DNA from: Octopus vulgaris
Taxonomy: Eukaryota
DNA length: 64,000 bases
Reading direction: 5' to 3'
Assembly (NCBI GenBank): GCA_951406725.2
Contig: OX597816.1
Span: forward strand, 177,258,001 to 177,322,000
Positions 25,380-38,830 of this stretch are shown one piece after another. The notes beneath the pieces are model-generated. The model had not been told where the DNA came from, ran no database searches, and was given only the letters and a program-made list of their open reading frames with translations. The first letter of the stretch is position 1. Each line of letters begins with the position of its first letter. The translations under genes were made by a program, and so were the position numbers.

Positions 25380-28327
25380 TAGGAGGTTTACATTTTAGAA
25401 GTAATTGTCCTTTTAAAAACCGTAAGTGTTTTGAGTGTAGAAAAATCGGATATAAAAGCTCACATTGTATAGCGAAACAGAAAAAAGGATAAAGAAAAAA
25501 TTCTAGAAAGAATATACTGTTAACAAAAATTCTAAGCAAGGCTCAAAAAAGAAAATTTGTGTCTATAAAACTGAATAATGTGAATATCAAGTTACTATTG
25601 GATATAGACAGTTCTATAACGATAATTAATACAGGTACATTGAGAAAAATAGGGAAACCTAGATTAAAGGAAACTCCGAAAATTGCGCGAGGTGTTTCAG
25701 GAAAAAATTGCATTATGGGTGAAATAATAAGTGATGCTACGTTTCATGGAAAAACTTTGAAAGCCAAAGTTTTTGTGTTAAAAAATACGACAAATTTATT
25801 TGGAACATACCTCCCCATAAATAATTTTTTGTAAAAATGTGTATGGTTCTTCCACCAGTATAAATAAAGCGACGGAAGATTTTAAAAAAAGAATTAAAAA
25901 GAAATTTTCCTGAAGTTTTTTTCTGATGAATTGGGTCTTTGCACCAAAACTGAGGCGAAGTTTCAAGTGAAAGAAAACGCTATGCTGGTACTTTTCGCAG
26001 CGCTGAAACAAGACAACAAAGAATACGATAGACTTGAAAAGCTTGGCGTTATTGAAAAAAATGATTACACAAAATGGGCGAACCCAACAGTTTATGCCAA
26101 GGAAAAAAAATAATAAACTCTGAGTATGCGCTGATTTTTCAACGGGATTACATGAATTTTTGATGCCATTACCAAGTCCGGACGAAACTTTTGCGATGTT
26201 GAATGGAGGAAAAATGTTTTCAAAGTTGGACTTATCTGAAGCATATTTGCAGGTAAAAATCTGTGAGGAATGTTTAAAATTATTGACAATAAATACCCAT
26301 AAAGAGTTGTATAAATTTAATTGACTCCCCTTTAGTACAAAGGTAGCACCTGGCATTTTCCAACAAGTTCGGATTTCGTTGTAGTTTACCTAGACGACAT
26401 ACTCATAAAAAGTGAACCTCGGAGTCAGCATGCTGAGACTGTTAAAGAATAAAAGATTATGGGTTTAAGCTCAGTGAGGAAAAGTGTGAATTTGTTATGC
26501 CGAGAATAAAATATGTAGGGCAGATTATTAATGAAAATGATCGCAGACCAGAACCGTCTAGGGCGAGTGCAATAAAAATATTACAAGCATTTTGGGGCTC
26601 GCAAATTACAGCCAGGTATACATACCGAAGGTGCACGATATAAGAGCACCCCTGAATAGCTTGTTAAAAAAAGACGTTAAGTGGAACTGGTCGGATAAAT
26701 TTCAAAAAGCTTTTGAAGAAAGTAAAAACGTCATAACGTCGAAATGATCGTAATCACATTTTGACCCGAATTTTGAAATAGTGGTGACAGTAGATGCTAG
26801 TGAAAGTGGTATTAGAGCTCTGATTTTATACAAATATGAAGACGGTAGCCTGAAAGCGGTGGCTCATGCTTCGCGTTCATTATTACCGGCTGAGAAAAGT
26901 TACAGTCAAATAGAAAAAGAGGCATTAGCCATCATATTTGCGGTAATAAAATTCCATAAATTTATATATGGAAGAAGGTTCCGTCTACAGACAGACCACC
27001 GCCCATTATTGTCGTTCTGTGGATCAAAAAAGGGTATTTCCACATATACAGCCAACAGACTGCAGCGCTGGGGAACGATCCTACTGAATTACGACTTGAA
27101 AATGGAGTATTTGCCATCGAAAAAATTGGGACAAGCAGATGGTTTGTCACGGTTACTACCAAAATACAATGAACCACTTGAAGACACAGAGATAGCGGCG
27201 TTAAAAGCCGAAAAGGAAATAAAAAATGCAATGTTGTGCGTGAATTACCTGTGACATTTGAAGAAATAAAAATTAAGGCAGAGACGGACGAGTTTATCAT
27301 AAAAATGAAAAATAAAAGTGAGATAAGAAGATACAAATAAAAAATACGTGTGGCTGGATGTAACACAGTTTCAAATTTGTATTTGATGTTTGATAATGTG
27401 CTTATTTATGCACAGAGGGTCTACATCACTACAAGGTCCAACGTTAAAGGAATTCCACACTGGACATCCAGGAATTTCTAGGACGAAGTCGCTTATGAGG
27501 AGTTATAAATGGATCTAGATATTGAGAAGTTGGTAAAGTTCTGCAGAGGTTGTGCTCTGGCAGCGAAACTCCCACCTATAAAATTTCAACCTTGCCCCAA
27601 GACCGATATTCCATGATCCAGACTACACATAGACTTCACAGGACCGTTAAACCGTTCTTATTATCTAATTGTGGTAGACAGCTTTACTAAATGGCCAGAA
27701 ATGTGTAAACGTAGAAAACCGACATCCACGGTAACAGTGGAATTTCTTTGCTAGGTTTGGTGTCCCGGATACCATAGTCTCCGATAACGGTACACAATTA
27801 ACGGCAAATGAATTTAACAATTTTTGCAAGTTGTTCTCAATTGAACATATCACTACTCCTTCGTATCACCCAAGATCAAACGGGCAAGCGGAAAGGTTCG
27901 TGGATACATTTAAAAGAGCATTAAAGAAATCAAGAAACGAGCTAATCGATGACGCAGCATCGACACAATTCTTGAGGGTTTATAAGATAACACCAAATAC
28001 AAACACTTTTTCAGGCAAGTCGCCGGCGGAACTAACGTTTACTCGAAAAATAAAGTCAATTTTCGACAAGCTGTTACCAGTAAGAAAAATAAATAGGGAA
28101 AACACTGATTATACGACAAAACACCAGCGACAAGGTGTTTTTCAAAATATATAAAAAAGATTTATAGATATTGATGGAAGACAAGGTTGGGAAGACAGAG
28201 TAGTAACAAAAAGAATAGGCAAAATGACGTATATGATGAGGCGAAAAATGGGAATACAAAAGACATTTAAACCAGCTAAAAAATAGATATACGGAAAAAT
28301 TAAAAGAGCTACCTATGGAAGTATTCT
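25380..28327 (+). mobile_element. Decayed Gypsy/Ty3 LTR retrotransposon gag-pol (Mag/K02A2.6-like)
   Basis: Zinc-knuckle remnant ~25400; protease 'LLLDIDSSITII'; RT 'YLDDIL'; RNase H 'VDASESGI..YSQIEKEALAII..TDHRPL'; integrase 'VSDNGTQL', 'YHPRSNGQAERFV'. Confidence 0.92.
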
Positions 28328-28499
28328 CCCCTGATGAAATACTCAATTAACCAGTTTCAATATGAATTTCCAGAAAGGAGTTACATTCCAACGTGTTGGT
28401 CGACCCTTGACAGACACAGATATGCGTGTTTTGGTAATGAATATATTTTTTAAAAAACGTTATGCGTATATTCAAATATACTTATAAAAAAATATATAT

Positions 28500-29385
28500 G
28501 ATTTAGTTCTGCACGTACGTTTGTTATACATAACTGTTGTTATCGATGGTGGCGTTGCAGTTAGGGTGAACTAGGTATCATAGAGAGAGAGAGAAAGACT
28601 GAAAGAGAGAGACAAATAGAGATAGGTTGAGTGAGAGTGGGCGAGAGACATTTCCCCCTTTGAGATAGACTTCCGTTGACAGTTTATATTATTATTTTTA
28701 TTTATTTATTTTTCTTTCATCATATCTCCCTTTTTGAGATTTTCCTCCTAGGGAAGTTTAATCTTTCTTCCGTTTAGGCAATACTTCAAACCGTTCTGTT
28801 TGTTTCCTCTTTCTTGTGCCGCTACGCCTATGTTCCATTCCATGTGGCGTTGTAACATCAAAAATGTCATAGAATACTTCCATAGGTAGCTCTTTTAATT
28901 TTTCCGTATATCTATTTTTTAGCTGGTTTAAATGTCTTTTGTATTCCCATTTTTCGCCTCATCATATACGTCATTTTGCCTATTCTTTTTGTTACTACTC
29001 TGTCTTCCCAACCTTGTCTTCCATCAATATCTATAAATCTTTTTTATATATTTTGAAAAACACCTTGTCGCTGGTGTTTTGTCGTATAATCAGTGTTTTC
29101 CCTATTTGTTTTTTCTTACTGGTAACAGCTTGTCGAAAATTGACTTTATTTTTCGAGTAAACGTTAGTTCCGTCGGCGACTTGCCTGAAAAAGTGTTTGT
29201 ATTTGGTGTTATCTTATAAACCCTCAAGAATTGTGTCGATGCTGCGTCATCGACTAGCTCGTTTCTGGATTTCTTTAATGCTCTTTTAAATGTATCCACG
29301 AACCTTTCCGCTTGCCCGTTTGATCTTGGGTGATACGAAGGAGTAGCGATATGTTCAATTGAGAACAACTTGCAAAATTCTTAAA
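28500..29385 (-). mobile_element. Inverted copy of the Gypsy integrase 3' end, with PPT and LTR-like sequence
   Basis: ~28872-29378 is the reverse complement of ~27822-28327; it continues to the ORF end and a purine tract AAAAAGGGAGA (~28725-28735). Confidence 0.8.
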
Positions 29386-29746
29386 TCTCAGAATGATAAT
29401 GCACCAATTCGCACAGCTAAAGTTGTTACTTAATGGCACGAGGGACATTCTAGTGAAGTTGAACATCTTATCTGTCCACTACAGTCCCCAGATCTCAATA
29501 TTGCTGAACATTTATGGTGCATTTTAGAACAACAAGTTAGGAGTCGATATCTTCCACCATCATCGCTACAAGAACTGGAGACTGTTTTAGCTGAAGAATG
29601 GACAAGAATTCCTTTGAAAACAATTCAAACTTTGTCCGAGTCCATATCTCGTAGAATTCAAGCTGTAATTACTGCCAAAGGCGGTTCTACCCCATGTTAA
29701 AATAAATTTTAAGGTGTTTACATTATTTTGTCCAACCCCTGTACAT

Positions 29747-29796
<50 letters not shown>

Positions 29797-29814
29797 GTAG
29801 ACACACACATACAA

Positions 29815-29891
<77 letters not shown>

Positions 29892-30957
29892 TATATATGT
29901 GTGTGTGTGCACATATATATATTAATGAGAAAAAGAAAAAAATGGGGAAAGTGACGTATAGGCATCAGTTTATTCAAAGATTTTCAAATCAAATGAAATT
30001 CTTATCCTTAAATCTGTTTCCATATCCACTTAGTTCATTTAGAGAAATTAAATTAATTTCCCTCCGGAAACAGTTCCTCAACCATAGGATGAATTTGATC
30101 AGATAAAATGCTTAAATAGTCTTGACTATTTATTCTGCCACGAAGAGAAACCATTGTGTCGGCGGATTTCCAAGATATAGTTCCCCAGATCATCACAGAT
30201 CCTCCGCCATGTTTAACAGTTGGAAGAAGGCAGTCTGGGTCAAATGCTTCTTTTGGCTGTCTCCACACGTATACTCGGCCAGTGGTCGGAAATAAGGTAA
30301 AGGATGACTCGTCCAAGAAAATAACATTCTTCCATTGCTCTAGGTCCAATTCTGTAGGTTTTTACTCCACCCTAAACGCTTCGCAACGTTTGTTTTTGAA
30401 AGTAGTGATTTTTTGATTGCGGCCCTCCCGTGAAATCCGAGTTTGTGCACCTTCCGGCGAAAAGCTTTTGTAGAAACTGGGTTCTTGAGGTGGTCATTAA
30501 GCTCTGCAGTAATTTTTGGAGCTGCACTTTTGTGATCTTTTCTAATAATTCGTGTAAGAGTCCGACGGTTCCTATCTGAAAGTTTTGGTTTTCTTCTGGT
30601 TTTCTTCTTCGACGAGGATGTTTTTCCCTCTTTCTCAAAGGCTGTCATTACTCTCGAGACAGGACTTCTTGATACACGAAACATTTCGGCTGTTTTCGTT
30701 ACACTAGTGCCGGCGATAGGTCTGTCATTTTAATGAATTTTAATGAAAGTCCGATAGATCTGTCATTTTAATGAATTTTAATTACCTTTTTCTGATGATA
30801 TTTGGAGAGAAAAACAGCAATTTTAGCGAAACATATTAAGCAACACTAATAATAAATCAAAAAACATAAAAGTAAACAAGCTTTTGGCAGTTTTATAGAT
30901 ATTTCAAAATTATGATGCTATGATGCTAGGTGTTTCCATTATTTTGTCGAACCTCTG
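29385..30957 (-). mobile_element. Tc1 (DD34E) transposon split by an inversion: 5' part 30957-30056 (-), 3' part 29385-29741 (+)
   Basis: 'WKNVIFLDESSF', 'PTVKHGGGSVMIWG'; plus part 'NDNAPIRTAK', 'QSPDLNIAEHLW'; TIR copies 29712-29741 and 30928-30957, each followed by TA. Confidence 0.88.
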
Positions 30958-30982
30958 TAAATATATATATATACATGTATAA

Positions 30983-31020
<38 letters not shown>

Positions 31021-31110
31021 TTATACATGTATGTGTATATACTTATGTACATGTGTATGTTTTGCGTGTATATGTGTGTTGTGTGTGCGCGCGCGCGCGT
31101 ACATATGTAA

Positions 31111-31412
31111 TCTTTATATAAAAAAGTGAAGTTGTGTGTCTGTCTCCTACGATTTAGATTCCTAACTACTCCCACATTTTGCGGTGCAGTGTAACCAAAA
31201 CCGGGTATCTTATAGTCGTGATTCATATTGAGCCCTTCTGGGTATTAGCGCGCGTCTATGATGAGTCTACGATTTAAAAAAAAAATTTACCATATTTTTC
31301 CCTCATTTTTAATGCATTTTTTTTTGCTATTATATAAGGGAAGTAACTCTCTAAAAATGCTTATATAGTTATTTCCCTTACAAACCTGAGCAACGCCGGG
31401 CGATACTGCTAG
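31111..31412 (+). mobile_element. Non-autonomous Helitron
   Basis: A|TC...CCTGAGCAACGCCGGG...CTAG|T. Confidence 0.85.
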
Positions 31413-31896
31413 TCGTATATATAGGGAACAGCTTTTCTTTTGTTGTGTCTGGGGAGAGTCATTTTTTTTGTGCCTTATAATGTAACACACTCACCGGTAA
31501 AATTTCCACTTATTTCTTATTTTTATTTTCCTAAAATTTTCGTTGCGTCTCGCAACCTTTTCAATAGTCTTCACTCTTTTATACACGTTTTACAAAATGC
31601 ACGAACGTGTTCAATTTTTACCTCTTTTATTTTAGATTATTTTCCATTTTGTTATTGGTTATTTTTGCAGTTAATCTAGAACAATAAAATTTCAAAATTC
31701 ATATTAAAATATTTCCGGGCCTTCACTGTTTCCTTTTCAAGAATTGAATATTTTTGGTGCCTGTGTTTCTTATGCATTCTTTGAATTCATGTAGACTTTT
31801 CAACCGAAGTTGTCTTAACTATTAGGCTTCCACATCAGTTGTATTGTGTAATTTTTTTTTACTGTGGTTAAATTGTTATCATTACAGTGGATGTAA

Positions 31897-32281
31897 TGGA
31901 AGCACTCCGTCGGTTACGACGACGAGGGTTCCGGTTGATCCGAATCAACGGAACAGCCTGCTCGTGAAATTAACGTGTAAGTGGCTGAGCACTCCACAGG
32001 CACGTGTACCCTTAACGTAGTTCTCGGGGATATTCAGCGTGACACAGAGAGTGACAAAGCCGGCCCTTTGAAATACAGGTACAACAGAAACAGGAAGTAA
32101 GAGTGAGAGAAAGTTGTGGTGAAAGAGTACAGCAGGGATCACCACCATCCCCTGCCGGAGCCTCGTGGAGCTTTAGGTGTTTTCCCTCAATAAACACTCA
32201 CAACGCCCGGTCTGGGAATCGAAACCGCGATCCTATGACCGCGAGTCCGCTGCCCTAACCACTGGGCCATTGCGCCTCCAC
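31897..32281 (-). mobile_element. SINE family C
   Basis: Near-identical to 11572-11954 and 38446-38830. Confidence 0.88.
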
Positions 32282-32289
32282 TTCATTAC

Positions 32290-33480
32290 AGTAGCCATGT
32301 ATTAGTTATTTGTGTGTTTTCTTTGACACTGAATCGTAATGAGTAAGGCTTCCATAATTCATTTTTGTGAGGTATTATATGATCCTCTCCTACTTTTTGT
32401 CTTTGTTTTGTGGTGTACAGTATAGTGTTTTGCGATTGTTGTTAATGCATAGTGTGGCTCCGAGATAATGTCCAATGTAACAGCTGATTACATTGGTCAT
32501 TCGTAGCATGTTTTGTGGTTTACATGCCCGTGAAGTGTTATTGTTATGTAGGCTTTTGGTTTTGGTGTTTTTGTAGTATATTAATAGTTAAAGTTTATGG
32601 ATAAATGAGATGCCTTTTGTTCCATTTCTTGAGGATTTTGATAATGTATTTATCTTTACAATAGTCTTTATGCATTTGAATGATATAGTAAATGTTGTGT
32701 AGTTTGTGTATATTATTGGATATATTCTCTGATGCATTGTTGTAGAATATTTGGTATTCTATTCTTCTATAGCTCGGTCTACTTATCTATCAGAATACCC
32801 TTTGTTAATTAATGTTTGTTTTATTCTGTGGATTTCTTTTTCTAGTACCTTGTCTTCAAACAAAACCATATATGCACTTCTAAGGCGTGACTTTATTACT
32901 GCCATCATGATATAGTTTTGTGTGCATTTACTGTCCTCATATCGGACATATATGCATTTTGTTTGATCCTTTGCTGTATACTGACACAATGCGTCTTACT
33001 TTCTGACCTGCATGATTATGTCTTATTTGTATTCTGGATATTAAATGTTTGCACGGAGCTGGTCTATAAGTCTTCCTTCAGTTTCTCAACGTCCTTAAAT
33101 TTATCCATTACCACCATGTGTTTATGTTTTGGTATTATTCTGTTCTCTATTGCGTATAAGTAGAATGTGGCAAACGTAGATACCAGTCAGAAGCCTATGG
33201 TCACTCTATCTTAGCATAAATTACCTTGTGAGCAGCAGAAAGATACTTATAAGGTAATCTCTTTTTCATAAGTTTGATGGCATCGCAGGTTGCTTCATTT
33301 TTGGCTCTTTATAGACGTTTTGTTCAGTGATTTTTATTGTTTCTGTCACCACGACGTTAGTGAACAAACTTTCTACATCTCATGTGGAGATGGTACCTAT
33401 TGCGTTAGTCTTTCCTTAAATTTTTTAAAGAATTATCTGAGTACTTTATATTATATTCCTCTGGTGTATTTTATTTAATG
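32290..33480 (-). mobile_element. Highly decayed PLE RT/GIY-YIG relic
   Basis: 'KEIHRIKQTLINKGYS' resembles a PLE thumb; degenerate YIG at ~32490; ~32812-33058 duplicated at ~37011-37257. Confidence 0.6.
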
Positions 33481-33720
33481 ATGTATTCTTTCTTACATTC
33501 ATATACACACACGGTATAGAAATATGCATTTAGATATACGAGTACACGTATATGTTTAGATATTGTATGTTCACACACACACACACAAACACACACGCAC
33601 ATGTGTATATATGTATATGTATGTAGATGTACATTCATACCTATACACACATATATACATACGTATATGTATATATATACGCGTATATTCATGTGTGTGT
33701 ACATGGACACACACATACAC

Positions 33721-33761
<41 letters not shown>

Positions 33762-33973
33762 CATACACACACACACATATATATATATATACACACATTC
33801 ACACACACACACACGCACACATATATATGTATATATGTATATACATTCATTTTATGTAAGCGTAAAAGAGCACACCTAATATATGTGGTATAAAGATATG
33901 CGTATGTGCGCGTATATGTATGTATGCATATATATAATGTAGATATACATACATACATACATACATACATACA

Positions 33974-34009
<36 letters not shown>

Positions 34010-34913
34010 TATAAACATATAGAAGCGTTGCTGGCTCTTCTTATATCTTTATAAAGATGTGTAAACATTAATTTTTATACACGGAAACCTATGTAAACAG
34101 GTACTCAACATACATAATATACGCACACACACGCACCCACACACTATGAAACTTACACCGACACACGTAACTACATATGCAGATATATACTAATTTACAC
34201 ACACACAGAGTGAATATAGAACAGTGTGAGAGATAATAAGACAGAGGCCTTGTAAGAGAGATGTGTAAGGAGAATATAGTTAGTTAAGGTATATAGATAT
34301 ATATCAGATGTATATGTGTACTTAACGTCCATAGGCATAAGTATTAATAACATTTTTACTATATATATCTTTAGTTGTTGCCTTTTCGCTTACATTGTAC
34401 CTTGTTACTATTACTTACAATTGTATACGTTACATTTGAGCAGCTTTCTCTCTTCAGTTTGTTTACTGTTGTATAACATACGAATGCCACATAAAGAATT
34501 AAAAAAATGCGTTGTATGTCGTTTCGTACATTAAGCATGGATCTGCATGCTTCTTCTTACCGCCAAGCCAGTCATTCAAATGGTTCATCACACTAGTAAA
34601 TTTGTTTTCGTCGTTGTTGTTGCTGTGTAGGTCTTTTTTTGTTTCGGATTTAGTAGATCTCCGAGCATAAGCGTGACAGCCGCGATCACTCCGTCTTTTA
34701 TTTAGAAGTAATGTTTGTATTCATGACTAACTACACTTTCTAATACGTCTTTCCCTTTAATGCAGTGAAATGTGGAAGATGTAGCTACTATTCATAACAA
34801 GTTTAACTACTATGCAGGGGGCCCCTCGTTTACTCGACAGGTATATGTTGTAATTTTACGGGTCTCCCGAAAGCAGACATCTCAGTCACATTTCTTATTT
34901 TTTTATTGCCTAC

Positions 34914-35388
34914 ATCATCATCATCATTGTTCGACCGTGGTCGAGACAATGGAATTTACCATGCTACGCCAGACTTCACGGTCCATCATGGCATTACGGA
35001 GGTCCTGTTGCTGGATGCCTGTATCCCTGGAGATTACATCAGGGTAGGAGAGTGTGCGCCCTCTGGTATCACGAGTAGATGGCTTCCAGAGGAGAAGAGC
35101 AGAAATTACTTTTTTTTCAGCTCTACAACAATGTCCAGCAAACTGGACTCTCCTACCTTTCACAAGAGATGACACAGGTGGTAGTTTCCCATATATTTGC
35201 ATTTTGGTTGGATGGCGCCTCCACGAGAGATTTTGAGCTCTCATAAGGAGGCGAGTGTAGGTTCCTCTCAACCGCTTCTTTGATAACGTCCAGGTTTCTG
35301 AGCCATATAGTAGAATTGGTTCGACTGTGGCTTTGAAGATTTCAAGTTTGAAGTCTCTACTTAGATTTGATGACCAGATCTTATGCAA
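34914..35388 (-). mobile_element. 5'-truncated RTE-like LINE 3' end with (TGA)n tail
   Basis: 'FKATVEPILLYGSETWTL', 'RRVQFAGHC', 'DREVWRSMV'. Confidence 0.85.
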
Positions 35389-35775
35389 GGGGCTAAACAT
35401 AGAGGGAACAAACAAAGGAATTAAGTCGATTATATCGACCCCAGTGCGTAACTGGTACTTAATTTATCGACCCCGAAAGGATGAAAGGCAAAGTCGACCT
35501 CGACGGAATTTGAACTCAGAACGTAACAGCAGACGAAATATCTATTTCTTTACTACCCACAAGGGGCTAAAAACAGAGAGGACAAACAAGGACAGACAAA
35601 CGGATCAAGTCGATTACATCGACCCCAGTGCGTAACTGGTACTTAATTTATCGACCCCGAAAGGATGAAAGGCAAAGTCGACCTCGGCGGAATTTGAACT
35701 CAGAACGTAACGGCAGACGAAATACAGCTACGCATTTCGCCCGGCGCGCTAACGTATCTGCCAGCTGGCCGCCTT
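35385..35775 (-). mobile_element. Head-to-tail dimer of SINE family A
   Basis: Two Nin-like bodies and one tRNA head; junction GACGAAATA|TCTATTTC at ~35540. Confidence 0.8.
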
Positions 35776-36088
35776 ACATTTCTCAGTTACAATCTCAAAC
35801 CGTGTAGAGCGGTATTATGCATGCACATTAACTTACATGTAAAGACTCAACCCAACCAACCGTTATAAACACCACTTACATCGCCGCCGCCTCCAGAGAG
35901 TGAGGAAAGAGGCAGTCATAAAAAAAACTCATTGAAAAGGTACATGTGTAGCGAAAGACTTTGACGCATTAAATAATGAAGTGAAGTACTGTTAATTCCT
36001 TATGTGAAATGATCCGTATCGTAAGCATTTCGAATTGATTATCCTTTTGCATTTCATAAAATAGCTTATACATACACAATGAATGTAA

Positions 36089-36487
36089 TCTTTATATATG
36101 AAAGAGAGGTTGTGTGCTGTCTGTCTCCTACGATTTAGATTCCTAACTACTCCCACATTTTGCGGTGCAGTTTAACCAAAACCGGGTATCTTATAGTCGT
36201 GATTCATATCGAGCCCTTCTGGGTTTTAGCGCGCGTCTACGATGAGTCTATGATTAAAAAAAAAATTTACCATCATTTTTTTCCATTTTAATGCATTTTT
36301 TCGCTATTATATAAGGGAAGTAACTCTCTAAAATGTCTACGATGAGTCAACGATTTAAAAAAAAATTTAACATCATTTTTTTCCATTTTTAATGCATTCT
36401 TTTGCTATTTTTTGGCTATAACTCTCTAAAAATGCTTATATAGTTATTTCCCTTACAAACCCGGGCAACACCGGGCGATACTGCTAG
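36089..36487 (+). mobile_element. Non-autonomous Helitron (same family as 31111-31412, internal duplication)
   Basis: A|TC...CCCGGGCAACACCGGG...CTAG|T. Confidence 0.85.
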
Positions 36488-37903
36488 TTGCTTATATAAC
36501 TTTCGTATCAGTTCAGTTTCTCTTGATATGTGCAGTTTCACTTTGTAACATTTCGCTTTTCAGCAAAACTATTCCGCCTGTTACATTTTGACTAAGATTT
36601 GCCAACGACAGAATAGAGCTACACGTCTCTTTCGCTTTTAATGCTTTTATGATTTAATGCACCTACCAACACTTGCTCATCCCATTAAAAATTTTCTGGA
36701 CACTTTCCAGAAATTTCCCGTTTGAGACATTTGTTCCACCAGAACTTTCCCGATTTTAGAAGTTTGAGGATTTCTGATTAAAATTAGAACCACTGAATAT
36801 GTACTTCTAATGAGAGAATCACCATGTCAAAATATAACAATATCTGTTTCATTATACAGTATCCCATCATGAATATTAGTAGGATTATATTTAGTACACT
36901 TTTTTGTTGATCCCAAGCTATCCCTTAAATGAAAGCCATTCTAGCCACAACCATTATATCTTTTATATATGCATAGTATATCTAAAATAATATTATCTTT
37001 TGTGTTTTCGAATGTTTGTTTTATTCTGTGGATTTCTTTTTCTAGAACCTTGTCTTCAAACAAGACCATATATGCACTTCTAAGGCGTGACTTTATTACT
37101 GCCATCATGATATAGTTTTGTGTGCATTTACTGTCCTCATATCGGACATATATGCATTTGTTTGATCCTTTGCTGTATACTGACACAATGCGTCTTACTT
37201 TCTGACATGCATGATTATGTCTTATTTGTATTCTGGATATTAAATGTTTGCACGGAGTGTGATTTGTGTGGAGCTGTCACAGCTATTTTTATCAAGTCGA
37301 ATGGCGACATAACTTCCTTTGTTGGATCAAGAGATTTTTCTCCTTTTTGGTGTGAGAAAAAGTGGATGGCAGTGTCGACAGATCATTGAGAGATCATCGT
37401 ATTGATATTCTTTTAAAGCAGTTGGTAAGACAGTCCTGAACTATTGAGTTCACATAGGAGACAGCATGTATTCACATTGTAGATACTACAGTAAGTAGAG
37501 CTGGATTTACTATAAAAAATAATCACATGCTATTGGCAGAGACATTCGAGCAATGCAAATAAAGCCTTGCAGTGTTTGTTTCAGCTCTCTGTGCTCTGAG
37601 TTCAAATCCCGCCTAGGCCAAATTTATTTATCGTCTTTCAAGATTAATATACAAAATGTTCCAATCCAGAGTGGTGGATTGGCAAAACTGTTAGAGAGGT
37701 CGTGCAATATCTATGCGTTCGGTCTTTTTGTTCTGGCAGTAACGCCTGTAACATCCTTGATACTAAGTTGTATTGGCCCAAGTCATTGTTCTTTCCTTCG
37801 GATCAACATTAGTGGCGGGGGGAGGGTAGACTTGCATGCATTTTACTACCAAAGTTCATTAAAAAAAATTGTCCTGGCTTGCGTATACCTGTATAGATGT
37901 ATA

Positions 37904-38285
37904 GTGGAGGCGCGATGGCCCAGTGGTTAGGGCAGCGGACTCGCGGTCGTAGGATCGCGGTTTCGATTCCCAGACCGGGCGTTGTGAGTGTTTATTGAGC
38001 GAAAACACCTAAAGCTCCACGAGGCTCCGGCAGGGGATGGTGTTGATCCCTGCTGTACTCTTTCATCACAACTTTCTCTCAGTCTTACTTCCTGTTTCTG
38101 TTGTACCTGTATTTCAAAGGGCCGGCCTTGTCACTCTCTGTGTCACGCTGAATATCCCCGAGAACTACGTTAAGGGTACACGTGTCTGTGGAGTGCTCAG
38201 CCACTTACACGTTAATTTCACGAGCAGGCTGTTCCGTTGATTCAGATCAACCGGAACCCTCGTCGTCGTAACCGACGGAGTGCTC
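37904..38285 (+). mobile_element. SINE family C
   Basis: Full-length copy, inverted relative to 38446-38830. Confidence 0.88.
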
Positions 38286-38445
38286 CCACCACTTGCAGGC
38301 AATATGAGAAAAGTAACAACAAAAGAGCATATTACCAACATTTATTTCTTGGGGTTTTTTTCTAATAAAGAGAAAACAACTTACGCTTTTTTTTTTCTTG
38401 GAAGGAAGATTCCATCGCACAAGTTTGATCATATACATCTGTGGA

Positions 38446-38830
38446 TGGAAGCACTCCGTTTGTTACGACGACGAGGGTTCCGGTTGATCCGAATCAACGG
38501 AACAGCCTGCTCGTGAAATTAACGTGTAAGTGGCTGAGCACTCCACAGACACGTGTACCCTTAACGTAGTTCTCGGGGATATTCAGCGTGACACAGAGAG
38601 TGACAAGGCCGGCCCCTTGAAATACAGGTACAACAGAAACAGGAAGTAAGAGTGAGAGAAAGTTGTGGTGAAAGAGTACAGCAGGGATCACCACCATCCC
38701 CTGCCGGAGCCTCGTGGAGCTTTAGGTGTTTTCACTCAATAAACACTCACAATGCCCGGTCTGGGAATCGAAACCGCGATCCTACGACCGCGAGTCCGCT
38801 GCTCTAACCACTGGGCCATTGCGCCTCCAC
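38446..38830 (-). mobile_element. SINE family C
   Basis: Full-length copy. Confidence 0.88.

Noticed and set aside
37904-37980. tRNA-like A/B boxes (also in other SINE heads)
   Set aside because: Heads of multi-copy SINEs continuing into SINE bodies, not tRNA genes.
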